This document shows positions 17,245-26,595 of a stretch of DNA of 32,000 nucleotides, piece by piece. The stretch comes from Breznakia blatticola (lineage in GTDB: Bacteria; Bacillota_I; Bacilli_A; Erysipelotrichales; Erysipelotrichaceae). Every line of letters begins with the position of its first letter. Position 1 is the stretch's first letter. The notes beneath the pieces are model-generated. The model had not been told where the DNA came from. It worked only from the letters and a program-made list of their open reading frames with translations, and did no database searches. Where the stretch lies: contig NZ_SODD01000002.1 in the NCBI RefSeq assembly GCF_004365815.1, positions 98,348 through 130,347 on the forward strand, in the 5' to 3' direction. The translations under genes were made by a program, and so were the position numbers.

Positions 17245-18861
17245 ATGTATACAGTTGTTATTGCTGATGATGAATACGAATTACGACAGGCATTAGTTCA
17301 TACGATTGATTGGAATCGTTTAGGATTCGAAGTTATTGGAGAAGCGGAAAATGGAGCTGTTGCACTTGAGTTAGTGGAACGTTTGCAACCGGATTTACTC
17401 ATTACCGATATTCAAATGCCTTTTATTTCTGGAATCGAATTAGCTAGACAGGCTAGAAATATCCGACCATATATGAATATCGTCTTTATTAGTGGATATG
17501 ATGATTTTTCGTATGCACAACAAGCGATTCAATATAATATTATTAGTTATTTATTAAAGCCTCTCTCTTCTAGTGAAATTGAAATAGAACTTGTAAAGAT
17601 TCGTGAGAAAATCGATGAACGTTTTGATTTATTGCGTGGTTCAACACAAGAAGATCAAAGTGAGAGGATTCAACATTTAAAAATAAATGATTTTTTGATG
17701 TCTCATATGTTATATCAAAATCATACATTTACATCTTTAGATGATGAACAGGCAATCAAACAAGAAGCGATGAATCTAAACTTAACCAATTCCATCAGTA
17801 TGGAAAACTATTACCAAACAATGGTGTTAACGTTTATGGATGAAGATAAACAAAATCAAACCCAAGAGAAACATGTCAAATTTACACAAGGAATCTTAGG
17901 TAAGTATTTGCTATATGGTTCATTTTATTCAAGAAAAAAGATTGTAGTTGTAGTTAGTGGAACAACAAAAGAATTGGAGCGAAGTTTACCAATTATTACG
18001 ACTGAGTTTGTGCAAAGTGCCAAACGTATTTTGAACTTTGATTGTGAAATCGGAGTAAGTCAGCCATATAACAACTGGTTAGATTTATCCAAGTCATATG
18101 ATGAAGCCTTATTTGCACTTCGTTTTAGTCAACAAGAAGAACCGATTCAATATGCATCCGATATTTCAAAACTAACAAAAAATGATTTTGCCTTTGTTCG
18201 TCAAAGTGTGGAAGAATTAGAGCATTTAGTAAAAGTAGGAACACCTGATGCAATTAATGATTTTGTAAAGCAAGTATTGATGAAACCAGAACTTATGCAA
18301 GAACATAGTTTGGATATGTTTACCTTGCAGATATTTGCAGCACTTAGTAAAGCTATTACAGCAGTTGCATCAAATGAAGAAACGGAACAATTTCTATCTT
18401 ATGTATACGGTGGAAATATTAATGGCACAAGCGGACGAAGTGAGCAAATTAAAGATAAGATTTTAAAAGTCAGTTTAGAAGCACATCGAATTATTATGAA
18501 TCAAAGAAAAGAAGCAAGTGAGCTTCTTGCACAAAGTGCTCTTGATCTAATTAAAAATCAGTATCATGATGAAGATATGTCTATTGCAAAAGCAAGTCAG
18601 TTGTTGCATGTCAGTGCTAGTTATTTAAGTGCAATTATTAAAAAGAATACGAATAGTACATTTGGAACACTACTAACAGAGCGTCGTATGCATAAAGCGA
18701 AAGAACTTTTATTATCCACTTCAAATAAAATCATGGAAATTGCGAATGCCTGTGGATATAGCGATACCCATTACTTTAGTTATTGCGTAAAACGTTATTA
18801 CGGGGATTCTCCAAATAAATTACGTGAAATGCAAAGGGAAGCAAACCATGAAGTGGCGTAG
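17245..18861 (+). CDS. Two-component response regulator, REC plus AraC-type HTH (YesN-like)
   Basis: N-terminal receiver domain (DDE ... LLITDIQMPFISGIEL ... LLKP) and a C-terminal AraC HTH (ACGYSDTHYFSYCVKRYYGDSPNKLR). Confidence 0.85.
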   Translation: MYTVVIADDEYELRQALVHTIDWNRLGFEVIGEAENGAVALELVERLQPDLLITDIQMPFISGIELARQARNIRPYMNIVFISGYDDFSYAQQAIQYNIISYLLKPLSSSEIEIELVKIREKIDERFDLLRGSTQEDQSERIQHLKINDFLMSHMLYQNHTFTSLDDEQAIKQEAMNLNLTNSISMENYYQTMVLTFMDEDKQNQTQEKHVKFTQGILGKYLLYGSFYSRKKIVVVVSGTTKELERSLPIITTEFVQSAKRILNFDCEIGVSQPYNNWLDLSKSYDEALFALRFSQQEEPIQYASDISKLTKNDFAFVRQSVEELEHLVKVGTPDAINDFVKQVLMKPELMQEHSLDMFTLQIFAALSKAITAVASNEETEQFLSYVYGGNINGTSGRSEQIKDKILKVSLEAHRIIMNQRKEASELLAQSALDLIKNQYHDEDMSIAKASQLLHVSASYLSAIIKKNTNSTFGTLLTERRMHKAKELLLSTSNKIMEIANACGYSDTHYFSYCVKRYYGDSPNKLREMQREANHEVA

Positions 18862-20590
18862 ACGTAAATGGCAAGGGATTACCTTACAATTGATTATCGC
18901 ATTTGTGATGATTGCTTTATCTTTGTCCATTATTATCAGTCTATCTGTCTTCTTCTTAAATGGACATATTGAAAACATTGAAGAAAGCGCATTGCGAAAT
19001 TCACAACAAGTGGTTTTACAAGCGGCAAATTCGATTGATGATTTAAAAGCACAAATGGAAACACGTGTAAAAAAGGTAAAGAATGAAGTACAACATATGC
19101 AAAGTGTTGAAGAAATTCAAGCATATTTGAATGTATTTACAGATTTAGAAGATGATGTGGAAGGTGTCTTTTTGTATGATAGTACAGGAAGTGTACTACT
19201 ATATGGAAATAATGGACGCAACCTCAAAAGTAATATGGTAGAAAATCTATCCTTTGATGATGTATTGTTTTTAAATAATCAACATACGATTTCTACAATG
19301 CGTCCACACGTAGAAAGTATATTTGAAAATTACTATCCATGGGTTGTTACTATGGGGGTTGGTGTTGATACGCAAGTATTAGACGATGCACAGTATTTAG
19401 TCATCGACTATAAATTCTCAGGCATCTCAAGTTATGTTGATAATATCGGAATTGGACAAAGAGGATACTGTTTTGTTATCGACAACAATAACAATATCGT
19501 TTATCATCCGAAACAAAGAATGATCAACAGTGGAGTTGTTAAGGAAAATATTTCTACTATTAGTAAATTAAAAGGAAAAGAAGAAATTGTTGATGGTGCA
19601 ATATATGTGAAGAAATCAATCGATAATGGGCAGTGGAGTATTGTTGGTGTAAGTTATGTAAATGAACTTATTGCAGATCAAGTCAAAGAGTTTCAAGTAT
19701 ATGTAGCAGCAATTTCATGTATCTTCATTATTATCTCTATATTATTAAGTATGTTTGTTGCCACAAAAGTTTCAAAGCCAATTAAACGATTGGTAGGTGC
19801 GATGAATGAATTTGAAAATAATGTCGATTCATATGTATACGAACCACAAGGTGGTGTTTTCGAGATTAAACGTCTTTCATTCTCTTTTTCTAAAATGGTA
19901 GTTATTATTCGTAACTTGATCAAAAAGGCAAAAGATGAAGAAATCACATTACGAAAAACAGAGATGAAAGCCTTGGAATCACAAATCAATCCACACTTTT
20001 TATACAATACACTGGATTCCATCCAATGGATGTGTGAGCAAGGAAAAATGGATGAAGCGGTTGAAATGGTTGGCGCATTAGCTAAACTATTTAGAATTAG
20101 TATTAATAAAGGACGACAACTGATTCCTATTCGTGAGGAGATTGAACACGCAATCCATTATCTGACAATTCAAAAATATAGATATCGAGATCAATTTACA
20201 TATGACTTTGATGTGGATGAACGTGCTCTTAAATACTATACAAATAAGATTACGATTCAACCAATCTTAGAAAATGCGATTTATCATGGAATTGATCGCA
20301 TGATTGATGAAGGACATATTCAAGTCAATGTACGACTAGTGGATCAAATTATTCATATGGAAATTATTGATAATGGTCTAGGAATGACAGAAGAACAAAT
20401 TGTTTCCATTTTAAGTAAAGATCAACATGGAAAAAATGGTATTGGTTTAAAGAATGTAAATGATCGCATCAAGATTTATTTTGGTGATGCATATGGTGTC
20501 AAAGTAGAAAGTGAACTGGATGAAGGAACAAAAGTAACCATTACGTTCCCTGCAGTTTTAGGAGAGGAGGATGATCTTTTTGAAAATTAA
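18848..20590 (+). CDS. Sensor histidine kinase, LytS/YesM type (two TM helices, extracytoplasmic sensor domain, HAMP, His_kinase, HATPase)
   Basis: The H-box QINPHFLYNTLDSI is characteristic of the LytS/YesM family, and the ATPase motifs DNGLGM and GIGLKNV are present. The ATG at 18848 overlaps the regulator gene's 3' end by 14 nt. Confidence 0.85.
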   Translation: MKWRRRKWQGITLQLIIAFVMIALSLSIIISLSVFFLNGHIENIEESALRNSQQVVLQAANSIDDLKAQMETRVKKVKNEVQHMQSVEEIQAYLNVFTDLEDDVEGVFLYDSTGSVLLYGNNGRNLKSNMVENLSFDDVLFLNNQHTISTMRPHVESIFENYYPWVVTMGVGVDTQVLDDAQYLVIDYKFSGISSYVDNIGIGQRGYCFVIDNNNNIVYHPKQRMINSGVVKENISTISKLKGKEEIVDGAIYVKKSIDNGQWSIVGVSYVNELIADQVKEFQVYVAAISCIFIIISILLSMFVATKVSKPIKRLVGAMNEFENNVDSYVYEPQGGVFEIKRLSFSFSKMVVIIRNLIKKAKDEEITLRKTEMKALESQINPHFLYNTLDSIQWMCEQGKMDEAVEMVGALAKLFRISINKGRQLIPIREEIEHAIHYLTIQKYRYRDQFTYDFDVDERALKYYTNKITIQPILENAIYHGIDRMIDEGHIQVNVRLVDQIIHMEIIDNGLGMTEEQIVSILSKDQHGKNGIGLKNVNDRIKIYFGDAYGVKVESELDEGTKVTITFPAVLGEEDDLFEN

Positions 20591-21545
20591 AAAAATATCG
20601 ATTCTTCTGCTTAGTGTATGTATGATAGTATGCGTATCTAGCTGTGTGAATTCTACAAGTCATCATCAATACTATATTGCAGTAATTCCAAAGCAAGGAC
20701 GTTCTAGTTTCTTTCGCGAAGTCGCTAGCGGTGTAAATACAGCAGCAACGGAATACAATGTTCGAACAACATTTGAAGGTGCGCAAAATGAGGAAGATTA
20801 TGATACACAAAATGATTTGATTCGACGAGCAATTAATGCAAAAGCAGATGCTATTGTAATTTCTGCAATTGATGAAAATAAATCTAATGAGTTGTTGGAA
20901 CAAGCGGTCAAAGAAGGCATTATCGTAATAACGATTGATAGTGGTGTAACCTATGAAGGAGTTAGCCAACATATTGGGACGGATAATGTGGAAAGTGGAC
21001 GCATTGCTGCTAGAGAACTGCGCGCAATGGAAAATGGACAATTAAATATTGGGATTGTCAATTTTGAGAAACATACAAAGAATGCGATTGAAAGGGAGCG
21101 TGGGTTCCTTGAAGAAATAATGAAACATGCGGATGTTCGAATTATTGATTCTGTAAGTACAGTATCAAATGCTTCAGAAGCTGCTGATGCTACGAAACAG
21201 ATGATTGCAGATAATCCAACAATAAATGCAGTCGTTGCTTTTAATGAATATACATCACTTGGTGTAGGATATTCGATTCGTGAGTTAAACAATAAGAATT
21301 TGATTCATGTTGTTGCATTTGATAATAATGCAGAAAGCATTGGTATGATCGAAAATGGTGAAATTGATCGATTGATTGTTCAAAACCCATTTGCAATGGG
21401 GTATCTTTCAATTGAGTCCGCTGTAAAAGAACTGGAAAAACGAGATTCTATTACCCTTGAACAATATACAGAAGTATTGGTTGTGAATCGTAGTAATCTC
21501 TATGAATATGAAAATCAAAAATTTGTATTTCCTTTTGAAGACTAA
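20571..21545 (+). CDS. Lipoprotein, periplasmic-binding-protein type I sugar-binding protein; probable sensor partner of the kinase
   Basis: Signal peptide with the lipobox VSSC, and a PBP-I fold pattern (IAVIPKQ ..., DAIVISA, ITIDSG, VVAFD.N). It overlaps the kinase gene's 3' end. An alternative start is the TTG at 20580, which is better spaced from the GGAGG. Confidence 0.75.
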   Translation: MIFLKIKKISILLLSVCMIVCVSSCVNSTSHHQYYIAVIPKQGRSSFFREVASGVNTAATEYNVRTTFEGAQNEEDYDTQNDLIRRAINAKADAIVISAIDENKSNELLEQAVKEGIIVITIDSGVTYEGVSQHIGTDNVESGRIAARELRAMENGQLNIGIVNFEKHTKNAIERERGFLEEIMKHADVRIIDSVSTVSNASEAADATKQMIADNPTINAVVAFNEYTSLGVGYSIRELNNKNLIHVVAFDNNAESIGMIENGEIDRLIVQNPFAMGYLSIESAVKELEKRDSITLEQYTEVLVVNRSNLYEYENQKFVFPFED

Positions 21546-21573
21546 GAAGAGCTAATGAAAAGCTCTTTTTTTT
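21546..21573 (+). terminator. Rho-independent terminator after the sensor operon
   Basis: AAGAGCT (21547-21553) / AGCTCTT (21561-21567), a 7-nt loop, and a downstream T-run of about 8. Confidence 0.75.
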
Positions 21574-21634
21574 GTTTGGGTAAAATTCTATTTATACAAA
21601 ATAGGATTTTACACTTCTTTCATATGATTTTCTA

Positions 21635-21663
21635 TTTTCGTAGCATAAAAGAACACCTATAAT
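21635..21663 (+). promoter_or_regulatory. Candidate activator-dependent promoter for mglBAC
   Basis: Perfect TATAAT at 21658-21663, but a poor -35 (TTTTCG) at 17-nt spacing. The direct repeat TTCTATTT occurs at 21586-21593 and 21630-21637. Confidence 0.35.
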
Positions 21664-21675
21664 GAAGACAGTTAA

Positions 21676-21689
21676 AGCAAGCGCTTACA
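21676..21689. promoter_or_regulatory. cre-like site downstream of the candidate mglB promoter
   Basis: AGCAAGCGCTTACA matches the idealised cre TGTAAGCGCTTACA at 12/14 positions, with a perfect AAGCGCTT core. Confidence 0.5.
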
Positions 21690-21713
21690 TAGAAGCGCAT
21701 AAAATGAAGATCA

Positions 21714-21829
21714 CAGCATATCCACGAAATATGACAAAACATATGCTGTATCGATACATTTGATAAGTGTAGTGTCTTATCAAAAACTATCTAACTTTAG
21801 ATAGCAGTTCATTACACTACCAATTACAC
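21714..21829 (+). promoter_or_regulatory. Series of perfect inverted repeats in the mglB leader
   Basis: CAGCATAT/ATATGCTG (21714-21721 and 21741-21748). TTTGATAAG/CTTATCAAA (21759-21767 and 21776-21784). CTATCTAA/TTAGATAG (21787-21804). The direct repeat ATTACAC occurs at 21811 and 21823. Confidence 0.4.
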
Positions 21830-21847
21830 AGAGGAGGACATAGGTGT

Positions 21848-22948
21848 ATGATTAAAAAAATGGCTAAAGTACTATTCGTCGCATTAATGGCAGTAAGTTT
21901 AGTTGCCTGCGGTGGATCTGATGACAAAGGAGGATCGAGTGGTTCTGCAAATGTTCATGTATTCTACTATGACTATGGAGATACATATATTTCAACAGTT
22001 CGTACAGCTCTAGATAAAGAACTTGATGGAATGGATGTTGATTACACTGACTATGATGCAGCTGGTAAACAACAAACACAAACAGAACAAGTACAAACTG
22101 CATTATCAAGTGGAGCAACAATGTTAGTGGTAAATATCGTAGAAACTGGATCTGATGATGCAGCGATGACAATCATCAATGCAGCAAAAGAAAAAGATGT
22201 TCCAGTTGTATTCTTCAACCGTGAAGTTTCAAATGAAGTAGTAAATTCATATGAAAAATGTGCATTCGTTGGTACTGATGCAAAAGAAGCAGGAATTATG
22301 CAAGGAGAAATGATTGGTGATGAACTTGTTGCTAACTTTGATAAATATGACTTAAACAAAGATGGAAAAATCTCTTATGCAATGTTCAAAGGGCAAGAAG
22401 GAAATAATGAAGCAATCTACCGTACACAATACGCAGTAGAAGATGCAGACAAAAAACTAGAAGCAGCTGGAAAAGCAAAATTAGAATACTACGATTCAGC
22501 AAACTCTGATAAATACCAAGTAGACCAAGATGGAACATGGTCAGCAAAAGCTGCACAAGACTACCTTGCTACAGCGTTAGGAAAATACAATGACGGTAAT
22601 AACAATATGATCGAACTTGTTATTTGTAACAACGACGGAATGGCTGAAGGTGCTATCTCTGCATTACAAACTGCAGGATACAACAAAAAAGGTGGAGATA
22701 AAACAATTCCTGTATATGGAGTTGATGCTACTAAAGCAGCAGTTGATTTAATTGGACAAGGAATTATGGCTGGAACAATTAAACAAGATGCTGAAGGTAT
22801 GGCAAAAGTAATTGCATTAGCTGTTAAAAACAATGCAGCTGGTGAAGATACTTTCAAAGGAATCGATGATTCTGGAGTTGAAGGTGTAAAAGTTGATGAT
22901 GGTGTTGCAAAAGCACGTATTCCATACCAAATTTACACAGGTGAATAA
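21848..22948 (+). CDS. mglB: Galactose/glucose (methyl-galactoside) ABC transporter substrate-binding lipoprotein
   Basis: Lipobox LVAC-GGS and a PBP-I sugar-binding fold. GAGGAGGA RBS. Followed by mglA and mglC. Confidence 0.8.
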   Translation: MIKKMAKVLFVALMAVSLVACGGSDDKGGSSGSANVHVFYYDYGDTYISTVRTALDKELDGMDVDYTDYDAAGKQQTQTEQVQTALSSGATMLVVNIVETGSDDAAMTIINAAKEKDVPVVFFNREVSNEVVNSYEKCAFVGTDAKEAGIMQGEMIGDELVANFDKYDLNKDGKISYAMFKGQEGNNEAIYRTQYAVEDADKKLEAAGKAKLEYYDSANSDKYQVDQDGTWSAKAAQDYLATALGKYNDGNNNMIELVICNNDGMAEGAISALQTAGYNKKGGDKTIPVYGVDATKAAVDLIGQGIMAGTIKQDAEGMAKVIALAVKNNAAGEDTFKGIDDSGVEGVKVDDGVAKARIPYQIYTGE

Positions 22949-23018
22949 GCCAAAAGCAAGTAATACATACATTGTGAGGGCGTCATTGATGTCCTCAAAT
23001 TGTAGATAGGAGATTATA

Positions 23019-24512
23019 ATGAATGACATAATTTTAGAAATGAAAAATATTAATAAAGAGTTTCCTGGGGTGAAGGCTCTTGATAATGTCTCATTTTCAG
23101 TAAAAAAAGGAAGCGTTCATGCACTAATGGGGGAAAACGGAGCTGGAAAATCAACATTGATGAAATGTTTATTTGGGATTTACTCAAAAGATTCAGGACA
23201 AGTAATCTTAGATGGACAAGAAGTTGCATTTAAGGATTCAAAGCATGCTCTTGAAGCAGGAGTAGCCATGGTGCATCAGGAACTGAATCAAGCATTGAAA
23301 CAAAATGTAATGGATAATATTTGGCTAGGACGTTACCCAAAAGTTGGTAAAGTATTTACATCAGAAAAAAAGATGTATAAAGATACAAAAGCGATTTTTG
23401 AAAAGATGGGTGTAGAAGTAGATCCAAAGCGCATTATGAGTACTATGTCTGTATCACAACGACAAATGGTTGAAATTGCCAAAGCAGTATCTTACAATTC
23501 GAAAATTATTGTGTTTGATGAACCTACATCTTCCTTAACTGATAAAGAAGTAGAACATTTATTTAGAATTATTAATATGTTACGTGACCAAGGTGTTGGT
23601 ATCGTGTACATTTCGCACAAGATGGACGAAATACTGAAAATTTCAGATGAAGTTACCATTATGCGTGATGGACAATACATTGCTACAAAAGATGCAAAAG
23701 ATTTAACAATGAATGAAATTATTCGTTTAATGGTTGGTCGTGAACTAACGAATTTATACCCAGAAAAAACAAATATACCAGGAGAAATGGTACTCGATGT
23801 AAAACATCTAACAGGTATGTATTCACATATTGAAGATGTTTCATTCCAAGTACATAAAGGTGAAATTCTTGGAATTGCTGGTCTTGATGGATCTGGTCGT
23901 ACAGAAGTACTAGAAACTTTATTTGGTATTGCCACGAAAAAATCAGGAGAAATTATTCTTGATGGTAAGCCAATCAAGAATCACAATTCGTTAGAATCAA
24001 TTAAAAATGGATTTGCCTTAGCAACAGAAGAAAGAAGGGCAACAGGAATCTTTGGAATTCTTACAATTTTGGAGAATACTGTAATTTCCAATCTTAAAAA
24101 ATACAAGAAGTTTGGTTTATTGAATGCTCATGAAATGCGTAAAGATACAGAATGGTCAATTGATTCAATGCGAATTAAAACACCAAGTGTTGATACACAA
24201 ATCCGTTCTTTATCTGGAGGAAATCAACAGAAAGTTATTTTAGGACGTTGGTTGTTAACAGACCCTGAAGTGCTTTTACTAGATGAGCCGACAAGAGGAA
24301 TTGATGTTGGTGCGAAGTATGAGATTTACCAATTGATTATTGATTTAGCAGCAAAAGGAAAATCGGTCGTAATGGTTAGTTCGGAAATGCCTGAATTACT
24401 AGGTGTATGTGATCGTATCATGGTGATGTCAAATGGTCGTGTTGCTGGTTCTTTACCAGTACAACAAGCAAACCAAGAAAAAATCATGGAATTAGCTGCG
24501 AAGTATTTATAG
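23019..24512 (+). CDS. mglA: Sugar ABC transporter ATP-binding protein with duplicated ATPase domains
   Basis: Walker [10 protein letters not shown], signature LSGGNQQK, and the two-ABC-domain architecture of about 497 aa typical of MglA/RbsA. Confidence 0.9.
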   Translation: MNDIILEMKNINKEFPGVKALDNVSFSVKKGSVHALMGENGAGKSTLMKCLFGIYSKDSGQVILDGQEVAFKDSKHALEAGVAMVHQELNQALKQNVMDNIWLGRYPKVGKVFTSEKKMYKDTKAIFEKMGVEVDPKRIMSTMSVSQRQMVEIAKAVSYNSKIIVFDEPTSSLTDKEVEHLFRIINMLRDQGVGIVYISHKMDEILKISDEVTIMRDGQYIATKDAKDLTMNEIIRLMVGRELTNLYPEKTNIPGEMVLDVKHLTGMYSHIEDVSFQVHKGEILGIAGLDGSGRTEVLETLFGIATKKSGEIILDGKPIKNHNSLESIKNGFALATEERRATGIFGILTILENTVISNLKKYKKFGLLNAHEMRKDTEWSIDSMRIKTPSVDTQIRSLSGGNQQKVILGRWLLTDPEVLLLDEPTRGIDVGAKYEIYQLIIDLAAKGKSVVMVSSEMPELLGVCDRIMVMSNGRVAGSLPVQQANQEKIMELAAKYL

Positions 24513-24522
24513 GAGGAAGTAT

Positions 24523-25590
24523 ATGGTTTTCAAAAATTTAAAATTTCGAATTAACGAATTTAAAGAAATGGATAGTAAAGATCGTAATCGCTTGATTAAA
24601 GAAACATTAATCAATAATTCATTATTGATCTTCATGTTGATAGCAATCATTTATATTCAAATTCAAAGACCACAGTTCTTAAGTCGTGAGTCGATTATTA
24701 ATATCGTATCGTTATCTGCATCGGCAATGCCATTAGCCTTAGGGGTTGCAGGAGCAATTATCTTAACAGGAACGGATTTATCTGCTGGACGTATTGTTGG
24801 ATTAACTGCATGTATTTCAGCATCATTATTACAAGCGGTGGATTATTCAAATAAAATGTTCCCTGATTTACCAGCAATTCCAATTATTGTTGTGTTCTTA
24901 CTTGTTATTGCATTAGGTGCATTAATTGGATTTGTAAATGGATTTTGTGTATCGAAGTTTTCACTTCACCCATTTATTGTGACATTAGCAACGCAATTAA
25001 TGGTATATGGTGTTATCTTAATGTACTTGATGAATGGTGATAACAATGGACAATCTATTTCCGGATTATCCAGCGGTTTTACTGAATTGATAAAAGGTAG
25101 TCTATTTAGAATTGGTGGCACACCAGTTCCTAACTATGTATTAATGGCAATTGTATTAACTGCTGTTATGTGGGTTGTTTGGAATAAAACATCATTTGGG
25201 AAAAATATGTTTGCGGTTGGTTCAAATCCAGAAGCTGCAAACGTATCAGGAGTAAATGTTGCACTAACAATTACTTTAGTATTCACGCTTGCTGGTGCAT
25301 TATATGCATTCTCAGGATTTATTGAAGCTGCTCGTATTGGTTCAAACTCTGCAAATACTGGACTAAACTATGAACTTGATGCAATCGCTGCCTGTGTAAT
25401 TGGTGGAGTATCATTTGTTGGTGGTATTGGAAAAATACGCGGGGTAGTACTTGGAGTTGTATTACTTAAATTAATATTCGTAGGTTTGAACTTCTTAAGT
25501 GTAAGTGTAAACATGATCTACATTATTAAAGGGTTAATTATCTTGGTTGCTTGTGCAATCGATATGCGTAAGTATCTAGTACGCAAGTAG
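24523..25590 (+). CDS. mglC: Sugar ABC transporter permease
   Basis: Polytopic protein with the ending AACVIGGVSFVGGIGKIRGVVLGV typical of MglC/RbsC-family permeases. AGGAGGAAG RBS. Confidence 0.85.
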   Translation: MVFKNLKFRINEFKEMDSKDRNRLIKETLINNSLLIFMLIAIIYIQIQRPQFLSRESIINIVSLSASAMPLALGVAGAIILTGTDLSAGRIVGLTACISASLLQAVDYSNKMFPDLPAIPIIVVFLLVIALGALIGFVNGFCVSKFSLHPFIVTLATQLMVYGVILMYLMNGDNNGQSISGLSSGFTELIKGSLFRIGGTPVPNYVLMAIVLTAVMWVVWNKTSFGKNMFAVGSNPEAANVSGVNVALTITLVFTLAGALYAFSGFIEAARIGSNSANTGLNYELDAIAACVIGGVSFVGGIGKIRGVVLGVVLLKLIFVGLNFLSVSVNMIYIIKGLIILVACAIDMRKYLVRK

Positions 25591-25598
25591 GAGAAACT

Positions 25599-25766
25599 AT
25601 GGAAAAAGTAATCGTTGAAGAACATAAAGAAAACATCGAAAATAAAGAGCCAGTTACAAAAATTCAAGGACTTTATGATCGTGTAAATATTTCAGTAAAA
25701 GCATTAGATCGCATCATTTTTGGTGGACTTGCACTGATTGTATTCATGATTATCATTTCCTTATAA
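25599..25766 (+). CDS. Small (55 aa) C-terminally anchored membrane protein; not in the supplied ORF track
   Basis: An AGGAG RBS (25589-25593) overlaps the mglC stop codon, with the ATG 5 nt downstream. Translation: MEKVIVEEHKENIENKEPVTKIQGLYDRVNISVKALDRIIFGGLALIVFMIIISL. It has a charged N-terminal half and one C-terminal TM helix. Confidence 0.55.
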   Translation: MEKVIVEEHKENIENKEPVTKIQGLYDRVNISVKALDRIIFGGLALIVFMIIISL

Positions 25767-25784
25767 ACGAAAGGGCACAAATGT

Positions 25785-26174
25785 ATGCAAAAAGTAGTCT
25801 ATAACAAGCAACCAGATATGAATTACGACAGTATGGTCATGATCATTCGCAAAGAGGACAAACGCTATTTTTCACACTCGTTTATCTATCATGGACGAGA
25901 TGGAAAGTATTTACAATTTTTATATAAAGATCCATTACCAGAAGGCGATTTCATAAATGGTTGGAATTATTTGGATGATCATTCCTATCGTATTGTGATG
26001 GTTCCAGAACCTTCACAAGAAGTAGCAGTGGAAGACTTCATTGCTGCATATCAACCAACAAGTCAAATCGATGCAATTGAAGTAATTGAAATCAAAGGAT
26101 TTGATGAAATTAATGACTTGTTGCATGATCCAAATATCGAAAAACAAGAAGTAGTTATTTTTGGTCGAAGATAA
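25785..26174 (+). CDS. Hypothetical acidic cytoplasmic protein (129 aa), family not recognised
   Basis: The ORF has an AAAGGG RBS 9 nt upstream, lies 18 nt after the small ORF on the same strand, and has codon usage like its neighbours. I recognise no motif. Confidence 0.55.
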   Translation: MQKVVYNKQPDMNYDSMVMIIRKEDKRYFSHSFIYHGRDGKYLQFLYKDPLPEGDFINGWNYLDDHSYRIVMVPEPSQEVAVEDFIAAYQPTSQIDAIEVIEIKGFDEINDLLHDPNIEKQEVVIFGRR

Positions 26175-26322
26175 TAAAGATTCAGTCAAATCTTATTATA
26201 AAAAGTTATAAGGTGGGTGGGATCACTATAAACTTATAACACAGTGGAATGAATGTAAGTCTCCTCTATCCGCACGAAAGAATCTCTACTTACTTTCATT
26301 CATGCTTACAGATGATGTAAGT

Positions 26323-26359
26323 AAAAAAAGTATCCGTTCTAGTACGTGATACTTTTTTT
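26323..26359. terminator. Strong bidirectional rho-independent terminator
   Basis: A7, then stem AGTATCCGT / ACG(T)GATACT (9 bp with one bulge), a 6-nt loop, then T7. Confidence 0.75.
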
Positions 26360-26570
26360 GTGCAAGGCATGGCATATATTTAGTGATGAAAAGCCACTAT
26401 GGAGAAATCGCTAACTCATAGTCGAAGACAAGAGTGCCTGTTATGATGAGATTTGACGGAATTTAGAGTAAAAAGTGAAAAGAGCATGGAAGTGGTCACA
26501 CAGTTGTAAAAAGTATACAAGAGTAATAGGTTCTTCTATATTAAATCACAACACTCGCGAATAAAGACCG

Positions 26571-26595
26571 AAAGAAAAGAGGCTTCCTCTTATTT
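26571..26595 (-). terminator. Candidate terminator for the minus-strand membrane-protein gene
   Basis: AAGAGG / CCTCTT stem with a 3-nt loop. On the minus strand it is followed by TTTTCTTT. The stem is short, hence the low confidence. Confidence 0.35.

Noticed and set aside
20541-21292. Minus-strand ORFs 20541-21041 (166 aa) and 20951-21292 (113 aa)
   Set aside because: They are antisense to the sugar-binding lipoprotein gene. The translations are Cys/Phe/Ile-rich nonsense with no motifs. The sense frame has a coherent signal peptide and PBP fold pattern.
21573-21600. Alternative mglB promoter (TTGTTT ... TATACA)
   Set aside because: The spacer is only about 15 nt and the -10 is poor. The TATAAT at 21658 is a better, though still tentative, candidate.
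22971-23001. Intercistronic stem-loop between mglB and mglA
   Set aside because: Pairing of TGAGGGC with GTCCTCA is only about 6-7 bp with a mismatch. It may stabilise the mglB message, but it is too weak to call from sequence alone.
23492-23977. Minus-strand ORF of 161 aa
   Set aside because: It is antisense to mglA, which carries Walker and signature motifs in the plus frame. It is a typical shadow ORF.
26205-26359. Possible riboswitch or T-box leader
   Set aside because: I could not find the T-box sequence (GGGTGGTACCGCG-like) or core motifs of riboswitch classes I know, such as TPP, purine, FMN, SAM, glycine, lysine and c-di-GMP. No plus-strand gene follows the terminator. It is kept only as a generic structured RNA candidate.
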